Position numbers and translations under genes: made by a program
Origin: Tricharina praecox
Taxonomy: Eukaryota
Length of the DNA stretch: 64,000 nucleotides
Direction of reading: 5' to 3'
Assembly: GCF_024521635.1 (NCBI RefSeq)
Contig: NW_026250416.1
Span: forward strand, 62,001-126,000
The notes under the pieces: generated by a model
Told to the model about the DNA's origin: nothing
The model's database searches: none
Seen by the model: the letters and a program-made list of their open reading frames with translations, nothing else
Shown here: positions 24,131 to 37,286 of the stretch, one piece after another
Numbering within the stretch: position 1 is the first letter of the stretch
How the letters are laid out: each line of letters starts with the position of its first letter

Positions 24131-24724
24131 CTTTACGGTGTTATGTTTATTTGGGAGGATGGTCTGCAGCATTTTTACGGGGATATCATGGCTTGTTTGC
24201 GTTTGCGTTGATCTTGTTAGGTTACATATGCTGTTATGTCACTGAAATGTGACTTGGGGGATTGTCTGCTTGACATATGCTTTTTTCTTTTTTCTTTCTG
24301 TACTGGGATTTCTTTGCGTTGATGACTGACATACTGAGATGATGATGAATAACGGACAAATGGTGAATGGCGGATGAATGATGGGTTGGTAACCTCACTA
24401 TCCGGTACCAAACGTGAAGTGGTAGATATGGTGATGTAACCGTGATTTGGGGGCAGACTGGCCAGTGTTGCGTATACTGTTTAGCTGGCCAGTTTGGGAT
24501 TCGAAAATGCACAGCAATGAGTGTAGGTAAGTGCTATCTGTAGGTGTATGTGATACTGTGGACAGGTAAATTCCAACTCTGATGCAGTAACTCAGTATAG
24601 GTATCATAAGTACATAGACGACACTCCTCGGAATAAAACATTGGAGCTGTAGACACAACATCGCTCGACCGTCAAAGTTGCTCCATCAGTCCACCCAACC
24701 AACCAAATTCCCCACCAAATCTAT

Positions 24725-25893
24725 CTACCACAGTTCCTTATCGTCCCATGGATATCGATCATCTCCCAGCTCAGCACAGGTCAAATGCTGAAAATTCAAT
24801 CCCTTCCCAAGCACGAGATTGTTCTTGAGCAGCGGGGCAACGATGCCCTGCACCTTCTCCGGAATCCTCGCCAAAAACGCATGCAACCCGCCCGCCCTCT
24901 CAGGAAACCTGGCATCCATTCCTGCCTGTATCTCCTCCTCCTCCTCATTCATCACCCACGTCGTCGGGCTGCTGATTTGCCGGTACATCACTCCCTCTCT
25001 CGTGCTCCCGCTATTTCCCGGGTCAGTGAAGGATCTTCGGAGAATCCGGTGGATAACCGGATATGCCATCGAATACTCCTCCGAGCCCGCCGTGAGCCGG
25101 TCTATCTCACTGGAGGCAGCCGAAATCATCTCGCCGATGCGGTTGTACTCCTCTTCTGCCAGAACCGTGATGCTCTCCGGCAAGTCCAGATCCCGCACCT
25201 CTCTATAAACCTTCCACCTCCCCACAAGATGTATAAACGAGTCTTTAAACAACTTCTTGCTGCGGATCTTCGTCGCGAGATTCAAGAACTCCAGCGCTCT
25301 GTGCGCCAGCGCCTGCGCGATGTCCGGGGACGAAAGCAGCTTGTGCTCGATCTGCGCGGCAACGACGGAACGACTGCAGTACAGATCTGCGACTTCTAGC
25401 AGGCTCTCGCATTCGCTGTCGGTTTGGTAGCCGGTAATCGGCGCATGGTAGATTATCCGGAAGAGACTATCGTAGGACCGCGCCATCTCGGTTTCGGCGT
25501 CTACACGGTCGAGGTAGGCTTTCTCCTCATCGTTGGGCGGTGGCGGCATCCCCGGTGCTGAAGGGAGGACCTCGTTTAACACCACCTTGAGTGGTATCAG
25601 TCACTGGTGTTCCCGCGTCTTCCGTCTTCTGGAGAGCTTACATCCGGCCCCACCGGCACTAGCATCAAGTCGCCACTCTCATCTCGGCACAAGCCATACC
25701 GGTAACTTATCGACGTCGGCCCGGAGATTGTATTTTCGGGCTTCCACCAATTCTCGGACAGACTGCCGTCGAAGAACCCGGAGAACAAGCGCAGCACGGC
25801 GCTGTGGAGGTGGTACCGTTGGCCGAAGATTATGATCTCGACATCAGCCGGGAGATTGCTCTTGGATAGCAAGATCGTGGTTTTTGCGGACAT
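24725..25893 (-). CDS. BTB/POZ-domain protein, 2 exons
   Basis: ADVEIIIFGQRYHLHSAVLRLFSGFFDGSLS is a fungal BTB N-terminal motif; LLEVADLYCS and LATKIRSKKLFKDSFIHLVG follow. Intron ~25586-25641 (GTAAGC...CTGAT...AAG). Confidence 0.85.
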
Positions 25894-26781
25894 CCTGTAT
25901 AGCCAAGTATTTAGGAGATGTGAAAGACGAGAGGTGAGGCGGGGTGAAGGGTTATGATGGAGTGTGGGGCGCGTATGAAGGTCTCCGCAGCCAATGGGAT
26001 TTCAAGAAACGTAGCTGATGATCGGAGGGGGCTCTCTGCACGGTGACGTTATCCATAGTGAATCCGGTCACGCCCATGGCCACACGGGTATGAAGACCAC
26101 TGATCATGGCGAGTCACTTGCACGCGCAGCAAGTGACGAGGCTTCTCTTGGCCTTCTCAGGGCCCATTTTCGCTGGAGTTGCGTAGGGCCTAGATGCCTC
26201 GGTACTGTAGGGAAACGGGACCCTCTGAGGCTAGCTGTGTCGAGCTGAAGCGACGGTGATCGTGGCCTGCATGTCGGTTTACTCTAGATGCGAGTCAGAG
26301 ACTACATAGAACACAGTCGAACACGGACACCGGAAACGAAAGATACCCATTGCCGCCCTAAGCTTTGGTACCGCTGTAGGGATGGTGTACGAGTACGAAC
26401 AAAGCTGTGCTCTGCTTACTGTGAGTAACTAGAGTAGCTCTTCTCCAAACAGGGGCAAACGTCACCGAACAGATGGTGGCTTGGCTAGGATCCAGGGAAC
26501 TCCGCTTCCCGCCTGCGAACATTCCATCAACCAAAACATCCCCATCTTCAGAGGCCACGCAAGCAAGCCATCACACATCTTGACCCAGCCCCCAGCCCTT
26601 GTGGCGGTGATACGTAAGTGCTTAACTTCACTTCGGAACAATTCTATATATATGAGCTCGTTCCTGGAGCTCGCACCCTCTCTAACTATCGCTCAGATAT
26701 CTCAGACATACGTCGCACAAACAAACCCCTCATTCCACCCCTCCAAACAACCTTCACCGATACGATACAACAACGAAAACG

Positions 26782-28887
26782 ATGAACGTGATAAAGCTCG
26801 CCCGGAAGTATCCGCAGTTCGGACAGGACGGGATCTTTGCGCTCCAGGACACGTTCAAGCGCGTCGACGAGGAGGATAATGGATATCTCGATGAAGCGAC
26901 GGCCATCAAGGTGGTGCAGCAGCTGGAAAGGAAGTCGTACGACGAGGTCAGGGCTGCGCTCAAGCAGGTGGAGCTGGATAGCTCCAGGAGGGTTGAATTG
27001 GATGATTTCGTCGATGTCAGTTACCTCCTCCCTGAGAGAGTTGTGGTAGGGGGTGGATGAGAGCTAATGCGTGTTTCGAGGGACAGTTGATCTCGAAACT
27101 GAGAGTCTCCGAGTCAGCACCAACATCTGCGGCATCGAGGGCTGTACCAGCGGTTACTCATGCGAGAACTGGGAGTAAGGGAGGTGGTGTGATCAAGATG
27201 TCCGGAGCAACCGGAAGCAGTGCGCACACCATCAACGAGGACGAAAGGACCGAGTTCACTAGACACATCAATGCCGTCCTGGCTGGGGATTCCGATATCG
27301 GTGACCGGCTACCTTTCCCAACCGATACCTTCCAGATGTTCGACGAGTGCAAGGACGGTCTGGTGCTCGCTAAGCTCATCAACGACTCTGTGCCGGATAC
27401 CATCGATGAGCGTGTATTGAATAGAACCAGTACTCGCATGAAGAAGCTGAACCAGTTTCACATGACGGAGAACAACAACATTGTGATCAACTCGGCGAAG
27501 GCGATTGGTTGTTCGGTCGTGAACATTGGTTCTGGGGATATGATTGAGGTCAGGGAGCACTTGATCCTTGGGTTGATCTGGCAGATTATCCGCCGCGGTT
27601 TGCTCGGAAAGATCGATATCAAGCTTCACCCAGAGCTGTACCGGCTGCTGGACGAGGATGAGACATTGGAGCAGTTCTTGAGGCTGCCTCCGGAGCAGAT
27701 CCTTCTGCGGTGGTTCAACTACCATTTGAAAGCTGCGAAATGGCACAGAACGTAAGTGACTGCATGCCAATTGCGGGGGGCGAGCTCACCGGGCCTGACT
27801 GACCGTATTTTCTGCAGCGTGAACAACTTTAGCAAAGATGTTTCGGACGGTGAGAACTACACTGTTCTTTTGAACCAGCTCGCACCGGATCTGTGTTCTC
27901 GCGGCCCTCTAAACACCCCGGACCTTCACGACCGTGCCGAGCAAGTCCTCCAGAACGCCGACAAACTCGACTGCCGCAAGTTCCTTACCCCTAAGTCCAT
28001 CGTCGCTGGTAATCCCAAGCTTAACTTGGCTTTTGTTGCCAACCTCTTCAACACCCACCCTGGTCTTGATGCCCTGACCGAGGAGGAGAAAGTGGAAATC
28101 GACGATTTCGACGCGGAGGGCGAACGTGAGGCTCGTGTCTTCACCTTGTGGCTCAATTCTTTAGATGTCCAGCCTTCGGTGAACTCCTTGTTCGATGACC
28201 TGCGCGATGGAACCATCCTGCTTCAAGCCTACGACAAAGTCATTCCTGGCTCGGTCAACTGGCGGCATGTCAACAAGGCTCCTGCTCACGGAGGCGAGTT
28301 GATGCGGTTCAAGGCTGTCGAGAACACTAACTACGCTGTCGAGCTCGGAAAGCAGAACCGCTTCTCGCTTGTCGGTATCCAGGGTGCCGACATCACCGAT
28401 GGTCAGCGTACTCTCACCCTTGCCATCACCTGGCAATTGATGAGACGGGATATCACTCGCACTCTGCAAGGATTGGCGCAGAAGGTCGGAATGGCTGAGA
28501 TCACCGATTCCTACATGCTCAAGTGGGCAAACGAAATGGCGAAGCGCGGTGGCCGTGGAAGCAGTGTCAGAAGTTTCAAGGACCAGAGCTTGGGCACTGG
28601 AGTCTTCTTGCTGGATGTGCTGAACGGCATGAAGAGTGGCTATGTCGATTATGCATTGGTGAATGATGGCAGGACCGAGGAGGACGCCTACATGAACGCC
28701 AAACTGAGTATCAGTATTGCAAGGAAGATGGGTGCAACCATCTGGTATGTTCTCAATCTCCTCCGATTACAATTATTTTCCGACGCTAACTTGCGATAGG
28801 CTGGTTCCTGAGGATATCGTGTCTGTGAGAAGCAGACTCGTTGTCACCTTCTTGGGCAGTTTGATGGCCACTTACGAGCATATGTAG
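26782..28887 (+). CDS. SAC6: Fimbrin (EF-hand + 4 CH domains), 4 coding exons
   Basis: HTINEDERTEFTRHIN, DGLVLAKLINDSVPDTIDERVLN, LPPEQILLRWFNYHL, EGEREARVFTLWLNSL, SIARKMGATIW-LVPEDI. Stop TAG 28885-28887. Confidence 0.97.
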
Positions 28888-29466
28888 GCTTTGTTGTTGC
28901 GGATGTGGATGTGTCTAGCTAGGGGCACGCTTTTCATTTGCTTTTCTCTATCGTAGCACTGATGACGATAATGTATTGGTATCAAAAGCGGTGGTTTTAT
29001 TTTTTGTCTTGAAGAGACGGGATTGATACGTTGGAGGCATCCTAGAATCATTACAGTTGCTCGTATGTGCGTTTAGTTTTTTGGCAGTGAGCAAACAATT
29101 CATTAGTTGAATATTGGCCAGTCATGGTCTCGCACCCTCCACCAAAGAGCCGCATCGGAGCTCAAGATTTCCCTACGTCATTGGACAGTAGCTTGTTGGA
29201 CCATGAACCCCCGTGTAGTATCAATCGTCTAGCTGTAGTTGCTATAGTAATACCACGATAGCGTCAAGCAAGCTGTTCTTTCCTTTCAATTCCCAATTTC
29301 TAAGTTTCAGGAGCTCTGAACCTACATTTCATACGCGTACCGCCCCCCTGCCCTGAACGGCAAGACCCCTACCTCAGCTATCAAGCTGCTCCGCCTGCCC
29401 CTCATCGCTCGATATATTGCCCGGAAAGTCCACCGGCAGTTACCACAACGACTTGCGAAAGCAATA

Positions 29467-32400
29467 ATGGCGACCAGCAACACTTCCCCGTCACGGCTAC
29501 AGACACCTACGCCGGGACCACTGGGAGGAGGAGGAAGCTCCTCGATGTCGAGACCGACAACTCCGCTTCCTTCCAACCAGCCGACGAACGATCATGCCAC
29601 GTCCTCGCTGCATCGGCTATCGCAGAGAGAGTATCCGCCGGACTGTCCGCCGCTCAACGTCCGGTGGTATTACGCGGTGGATGTCAGTTTCTCTCCCCCA
29701 GCTACATACATACGTGACGCTGGCGTACATACGTGGAACACGAGCTAACTCATGCCCGTGCGGGGTGACAGGTCCCGAAGCGAAAGCCGTTCCAACCCCA
29801 GAATACTCCGCCGTCGAAACCTCCGTCGAAGTTCGTAGCGTTCTGCGCTCGCGATTCCCGCGCCATCGAGGCCGCCTTCCAAAAGCTTTCAGAAGAGGAG
29901 GAGCTCGCCGAGAGTACGAAGTACAAGCGTGCTTCCGCGATCGAGCTATTTACGGATGCGAGCGTGGGTACGGGGAGTTTTGGAGGGTTTGGGAAGCCAT
30001 CCCAGGAGAAGGAGGTGAAGGTCCCCGTCAATGAGGATTATCTCTTTGACGTGGACATCAAGAGGAGAGAGCTGGGACCGGTTTATTGGGAGGGGCCGGT
30101 GTATGAGGTTAAGCGCGGGACGTGGTTCTATCAAGGTATCTAGATCGAGAGGGTGTGTGCGGAAAGTACAGAAGCTAAAATAACGGACAGAGGGCAGGCC
30201 GTGCGACGAGAATTTGGCTACGCAAATCGAGGAGGGCTACCTTAACTTAAAGCCATTCCGGACGGTGGTGGCAGCGGCTACTAAGGAGCAGCCGGAGGCT
30301 AAGCCATCGAAGACGACGGAATCAAGCACTGATGGAGAAGCTCCTGCAAAGCCTGTAGCAACAACAACAACAAAAGATGGCGTTTCAACTTCATCCACCC
30401 AAGCCCAACAGCAAACGTGGAGACTGTTAGGTGCACACCTTAACTCATTCGTAGTTTTTGTCGATCCGAATACAGCATGGCTCTTTACAGATGACTTTTA
30501 CGGGAAACTCGCTGCCACCGTGTGGCAGCGCATGTCAGCCGGTACTCACATGGGAGGAATAAAGCTCGTCAGAGGATATTCCGAGCCGAAATCTACTGTA
30601 ACGGCTCCAGCAGCTCCAGCGGCTCCAGTAGCTGAAAATAAGTCCGCACCTTCTGTTGACGAGAAATATCAGCAACGAATGCCGCCGGCTGCATCGTCTA
30701 CTAGTTCTACTATAAGGCATCCGGACGACGCACCGGACCGACGCATGAGCGTCTCTTCTGGCCGACTGGCGTTGGAGCGTAAAATGTCTTCCTACGTGGA
30801 CCAGCAGGCCGAGGAGAAGATGATGGAGGCTGAGATCAAAGAGGACTACCGCGACGATGACGAAACTGATGACCCAGGAAGAGAAATTGAACATCTACTA
30901 TTGGTGACACATGGAATCGGGCAAAAGCTGTCGATGAAGATGGAGAGTGTGAATTTTGTGCGTTTTACCTGAGTAGTGAATCTATGAGTTTAGATCTGAC
31001 CAGGAGTGTAGGTGCATGATGTCAACGTCTTCCGAAAGTCGCTCAAGGGCGTCTACGCTGTCAGTCCGGATTTGCAGGTGCTCAACGGGGAAACTGCCGA
31101 GAGCAAGCGGAAGAATTGCCGAGTACAATGCCTACCAGTTTGTATGTGAAGCGTCTATGAAATTTATGTCTTCTCGTTGCTAATCCTACAAAAGGTTGGA
31201 GGCATCTACTTGACTTCCCCAAGCAGTCATTGAGGCAGAACCGTGGAGAGCAAGATCTTAGCAGCAAGGACTCGGGTTATGAGGAGGAGTATCCCTCCCT
31301 CGAGGATATTACCGTCGAAGGTGCTCCTTATGTTCGAAACCTCATGACGGACCTCGCACTGGACGTTTTACTATATCAAAGTGGGACATATCGTGAGCAT
31401 ATCATTCGAACAGTTCTTACAGAGTGCAATCGGATCTACGCGCTATTCAAGGAGCGCAATCCCGGATTCAAAGGCAAGATCAGCCTTGTGGGACATTCTT
31501 TGGGATCGGCAATTATCTTTGACATTCTCTGTCGGCAACCCGGTGATCCTGGGATTGTGCTGGCAAAGAATGAGCTACCGTCACTAGATTTCCCGTATGT
31601 TTCTCTTGGTTGAATACTGAAGGAACTGTACTAAACCTTGAAACGCAGTGTTGAAAATTTCTTTGCGTTGGGATCTCCGGTTGGACTCTTCCAGATGCTC
31701 AAAGGTCGAACCATCAGTGCACGTCCTAACCATGGAGGAGATCCCGTCACTTCTCCTCTGGACGAAAGTTATGGGCCCTTCGATCCTAAACCACATTCAT
31801 CCACGGCTGAGATTCCCTTCCTCGTTTCCTCGCCCAAATGTGCGCAACTGTTCAACGTTTTTCACCCTGCAGACCCAATATCATACCGCATGGAGGTGCG
31901 TCTGTTGCTATCTTTGACATCTGTGCGTCTTCAGAAAGCTGACACGACACGCAGCCCTTGGTATCGAAAGCAATGGCCCAACTCAAGCCCCAACCCCTCC
32001 CCTATACCAAGCGCGGCCTCTTCAGCTCCAACGGCCAAATCGTCGGCGGGATTTCTGGCATCGGCCAAAGTGTCACTCGCAGCGTCGCAACAATGTGGAG
32101 CTCTGTCTACTCAGGCATCGCGAGCTCGATTCTCAATCGCAGCTTAGGCATCACTGAGCCCATCACATCCATTAGCACTTCCGGCGGTGACAAGAAATCA
32201 GGAATACACCAGATGGAGGGGAAACACCCACCCACAATGCTCGATGCTGAGATCGAGACGTTGTTCGCCGGGTTCCAGAAGCAGCGGAAGAGTGGTGTCT
32301 TGTCAGATGGAGACGTGGATGAGTCTAGAGTCAGAAATGAGGAGGATAAAGTCCGCGCACTTAATTCGACTGGACGCATAGACTTTGCGATTCAGGAGGG

Positions 32401-32637
32401 TGTGTTTGACATCAGTGTCATCGCGAGCATTGCTAGTCACTTGAGTTATTGGGGTGACGAGGTATGTTGAATGGTGATAGTCCGGCTGGAGTGCTGATGC
32501 TAACGCGATTGCAGGATGTAAATCATTTCGTGGTCTCGCAGCTACTATCGAGATCTAGGGTTATGAAACGGAGCCATAAAGCAGGACTGGGTAAGGGTGA
32601 TTTGGGAGATGGGTGGAGCATTGGCGGGCTAGAGTAA
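29467..32637 (+). CDS. DDHD-domain phospholipase A1 (Ddl1/YOR022C-like), multi-exon
   Basis: LLLVTHGIGQ, lipase motif VGHSLGS, FFALGSPVGLF, NVFHPADPISYRME, GRIDFAIQEG, SHLSYWGDE-DV. Stop TAA 32635-32637. Confidence 0.93.
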
Positions 32638-32861
32638 GCTGGTGGGTATATGCATATGAGAGTGATGCACTTTCTGATTGTGGAGTATTGATGTATTATT
32701 GCATTGTATGGACCGATGCTATCGATAGAATGTACAACCAAGACCCGTGCCTTTCATCGGTGGCCTAGCTGCATACTAACTACCCGCTGTAACAGCTCAC
32801 CCTCCCAGCCGCCAACTTTGTTGGACAGCCTCCTTAGTTACCTACCAGCCCTGTGGACTAC

Positions 32862-34039
32862 TCAAAACTCTTCCTCTTCTTTTGGTGGCGGTTGTGCTGG
32901 TTTTGTTGGCCGTTTCTCCTCAATCATAGCCTTACTAACATTCTTCTTCAACGCGAGCGCGACAAAGTACAACTCCCGAGATTCCTGAATTTTCGTCAGT
33001 CGGATTGTTACGGGAGGACCTTGCGGCTTGGACAGACCTTTCTAGAGCTATCTGGCTTGTCGCGATGCACCTTCGTAAACAGTTTCTTTAGTTTCGCTTC
33101 CAGTATTGAATCCTCGGCTCCCTGATAGAACTTGCACACGAAGTGGCCGCCTGGCTTAAGGACATCCAGGCAGAACATTAGTGCCGCATTGCAGAGGTCC
33201 TATCTCCGCCCCAGTTGTCAGTCAACCAGTCGTCCTCATCGTTGAAAGTCCGGAGTGACAAACCATGCTGGCGGCATGATCCCTAAACCGGATCCCGCTG
33301 GTATTCATCAACCTAAAAGGTTCGGTCAGAGACCGCAGAAAGTTTTTTGGCGGCGGTTCCCAGGGTATCCACATATCGCTGAGGACCACATCAACTGTCT
33401 TTTCCGGATTTTCCACGTGGCTGCCGCTTGTCTCCTCGCGCTCGATGTCGATGTACGCTTTGTCCACTACTGATGCGCGCGCCCGTCCGCGCTCAGGATC
33501 AGAGAGGAAGTCGCGGAGCATCAACTGCACCGAAGGTGAGAGAAAGTCGCCTTGAAGGGTTGAAACACCCTTCGGCGGTTGCGCCGGGAGGATGTCGAGG
33601 CCTACTACCCGCCCGCCCGGTGATACACGGTCTATCGCCACCTAGTTCTTCCCGCAGAGGTTATGATGCTGCGCGGTCTGCTGAGGGGCTCGGGGGCGAA
33701 GACAAACCTCGCTCCATGAGCCTGGTGCGTAGCCCTGTTTGTGTCAGCTCGGGGGTGTCGGTAACAGACGGGAAGGAGAGAGGATACCAGGTCCACCACT
33801 GTCATCCGCGGTTTAAATAATCCGTAGTTTTCATTGATTTCGAGAAGCTTGAAAGCCGCACGAGACCGAAGACGTAGGACCTTTGCCTGTTTGTTGTAGT
33901 GGTCGTTGCTCTGCCTGTTGAGCCAGCGCGTCGATGACGCGGAGGAGCCGTGGCGGATGCATTGGTAGGATGGTCTGATAATGGGCACGACGGAGGCCCG
34001 AAAGGCGCAGGTACGGAAGAGAGACCTAGCTGTAGTCAT
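32862..34039 (-). CDS. MRM2: Mitochondrial 21S rRNA 2'-O-methyltransferase (FtsJ/RrmJ family), 5 exons
   Basis: SSTRWLNRQSNDHY, LRSRAAFKLLEI, VVDL-GYAPGSWS, VDVVLSDM, GGHFVCKFYQG, KPDSSRK-ESRELY. Presequence-like N-terminus. Confidence 0.92.
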
Positions 34040-34236
34040 GATGTCGGCATTGCGCGGCGGGAATACTACTCGTTTGGCCTGGCTCGTGAACCAGGTTTCT
34101 CGGAGGTGGTGGGGCAACAGGGTAACCATCGCTACTGTCACCCCACCACCGCCGCTGTCGCCGCCGCACCTCCGAAGAACCATTCAACCATCACCAGTGT
34201 CCACCGGATCAACCTTATCAGCCATTGACGTTCCCC

Positions 34237-36761
34237 ATGCGTCCCCGCAACCCCCTCCGTCAGCTCCCACGCCGGCCACTACTCGGTGACATCCTCCGCT
34301 GTCCGCACCGCCTCGCACCCACCACCTCCGCCCAGCTCCCCTCCTCCTCCTCCTCCTCTCTCCCACCACAGCACCAACAGCGCAGAGCCATCTACGTTCC
34401 GAAATTCCTCCAGGGCAGCGCAGAAGTAACGAAAGATGTGACAGGAATGCAGACGCTAGTTGCGCTGGTCAACCACCTGGACAAAAAACTGGGTGCGGCG
34501 CCCTCTCCCGAGGCGATCGCGGTAGCGTTCACGAGACTCGTCGAGAGCTACTATCCCCGCGTCATGCGCGATTCTTATGTTACACTTGCGGCGAGGGCAT
34601 ACGAGTACATACGCACGCACGGCCTGAGGTTCGAGCCGGCGGTGCTGAGGAAAGCGCTGGTGACCCTGCCGGGTCAGAGTCCGAAGCAGCTAGCACTGGC
34701 GAGGGAGGTGTGGAAGGATCTGGTGGGGAGCGAAGGCTTCGTTGCGACTGGGGATGATGTTTACTGCTATATTGTGGCACTCAATGCCGCGGGATTCCCG
34801 GAGGAGGCGGTGGAAGTTGCGAAGCAGTGGTCGGGAAGCTTGGAGGAGGGGGCTAGGCGAAAAATATGGGAGAGGACGTTAGAGGGGCTTGGGAAGGAGG
34901 GGAAGGAGCAGAAACTAATGGAGACGTTGGAGGACTTGCTTGCCAAGGAGACGGGAGCAGCGGCAGCACAACTCTACTATCATCCTGTGGTATACTACTG
35001 CAAGCGGGATGATCTGGAGAATGCGAAGCTGTGGTATGACAGGGCGGTTGCGGTACTCTCGGATGGAGGGACCAATACGATCCGCGTTTATCTCAGCTTA
35101 CTCAAAGCGTGTTTACGCAGCGGACAGTTTGAATGGGGGAAGGAGATATTAGGAACACTATTGACGAGACATGCGAAGGACCCTGCCATCAAGATGGGAT
35201 TGGGAGCTTGGGATACGGTGTTGGAATTCGCAGCCAGAACGTCGGAAGGCACTGAAGAGGTGAACCAGCTTCTCGACATCATGGCTTCTCGGGCTGGAAA
35301 AGGCGGTCAGCCACCATCCGCAGAAACAATCAACACCCTTCTCGAAACCGCCATATCATTGAACAACCACGAAATGGTTGATCAAATCTTTTCCATCTTC
35401 TCCGCGCGGGGCATAGAGCCCAATCGAACCTCACTCGAACTACAGCTCAAGAGTTTGACCTTGCGTGGCGACCACGACGGTGCAATGACGGTTTTTGAAA
35501 GCCTCAAATTCACCCATGATGTGCCCAAAAACTACACGGCCGATATCCCGCAGGACCTGTTGCGTGTGGTAGCAGAAAAATACCCCGACTGCAACCTCCC
35601 TCGACTAATAACCCTCTACAAAGACCTCATCGAGATGAAGATACATCTCAATTGCGCCACCCTCGTTGCAATGCTTAACGTTCACCTCGAAGAAGCCGCC
35701 TTCGCCGGCGCTAGAGACCTCCTTAAGCGAGAAGTCGGCTTCTTCTCAACCGCCGAGCGAGAAACCGTGATCCAAAAGATCATCGAATTCACTCACCGAG
35801 TGACTACACCAAACGAGGACGCATGGGAAGCCTACCTGCTACTAGTCCGCGTCTTCACTGAGACTTCTATCAAGGACCGTGGGCGGATGATGAACCTCTT
35901 CTTCGAGCTTGGTAAACCCGTCGCCGCCGTCCGAGTGCTCGAGCACATGACACGAACCGAAGACCGCAAACCCACTAAATATGAATACACGGCTGCCTTC
36001 ATCGGTATTGGCCAAACTCGATCTGTCGAGAATATCCACCCCGCCCATAGACTACTCAACATGGACCCGTATGTCGAGATTGATACCACCCTCCTCAATG
36101 CATTGATGTACGCCTACATCCGCTGCGGGATGACGGAGCGTGCCTTCTTCGTATACGAGGAGATTGCACGCAGTGTTGAAGGACCAGATAATACCACCAT
36201 CTCACATGTATTCAATGCCTGTGGACGGTCGGACAAGGGCCTCAAGAAGGCGCAGGGGCTGTGGGCACGGTATATTCGCCAGGGAGTGAAGATGACGCAG
36301 GAGAATGTGGCCGCCTACATCGAGGCTCTCGCTAAATTAGAGCGCTGGGATGAGGTATTGAAGGTTATTGCTAGCTTAGAGGCAACTTTAGGTTTTAAGC
36401 CTGGGCACAACGTGTTTGTTTCCCCCACACCTACCAACTTCTCTCCTTCGCTAACGTGAATAGCCTTTTAACCCTCCACTCAACCTTCGACCGCACCCGC
36501 CTCCTCAAACTTGAGGAGTGGTTAGAAAAGGACTTCCCGGAAACGTGGCCTAGCGTGAAGGAGGAGCTCAACGCCAATCTCCCGCCGCCAAATGAACTAG
36601 GCGAGTTCTTACCGCCAGACGAGCTTGCCTTCTTGGAACCAGAGATGCCGGAGGAACAACCAGTGTTTAAGTCCTCGCTAAATATTCGGGGGAGTGAGGG
36701 GTTCGATGCAGAAAGGGCGGGGAGGGATAGGGAGGCGTTCGAGAAGAGGGTGGGGAACTAG
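34237..36761 (+). CDS. Mitochondrial pentatricopeptide-repeat protein, resembles complex I assembly factor CIA84, 2 exons
   Basis: Arg-rich presequence and helical PPR-like repeats (DTTLLNALMYAYIRCGMTERAFFVYEEI, PDNTTISHVFNACG). Intron ~36414-36463. The CIA84 assignment is from memory of the family and is unverified. Confidence 0.8.
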
Positions 36762-37286
36762 GGGAGGCGGTCTTTCTTGTATTATATCTTTCACTTGGTT
36801 TAGCTGTACTTAGTTATTTGGCTGTTTTGGGCGGTGGAAGGAAGCGACGTGGACGGAGTGAGTGGTTAATCCATCCATTCGGATGATGCACTAGTGATGC
36901 CTGGCTTTACTTATGCTACATACTTCCCTTGGGCTCATTCATTCTGACATAGAAAATTTCATCTGCTCGGCTTAGGGGATTATTACCTCCTATCAGCCTT
37001 CGAACTGCCATTCATTTGGCTTCCTTCTTGCCAGTCACTCGCCGTTCAATTGAATATCGCCAATCATTAACGATCACTCACTCGTCCGATCACTTGGAAG
37101 TTGCGTATCACCCTTCAACTTCCCTTTGAGATGTGTACTATAATACAACCATGATCTACTTAGGTCACAAGCAATTATTAATTGAACCCAAAAAAAACTT
37201 CAATTTCCCCTGTAAACCATCCCTCATGAATCATCACTCATTAAACCCCCCCCCCCCCCCCCCCCCAAAAAAAAACGTCCTGGTAT

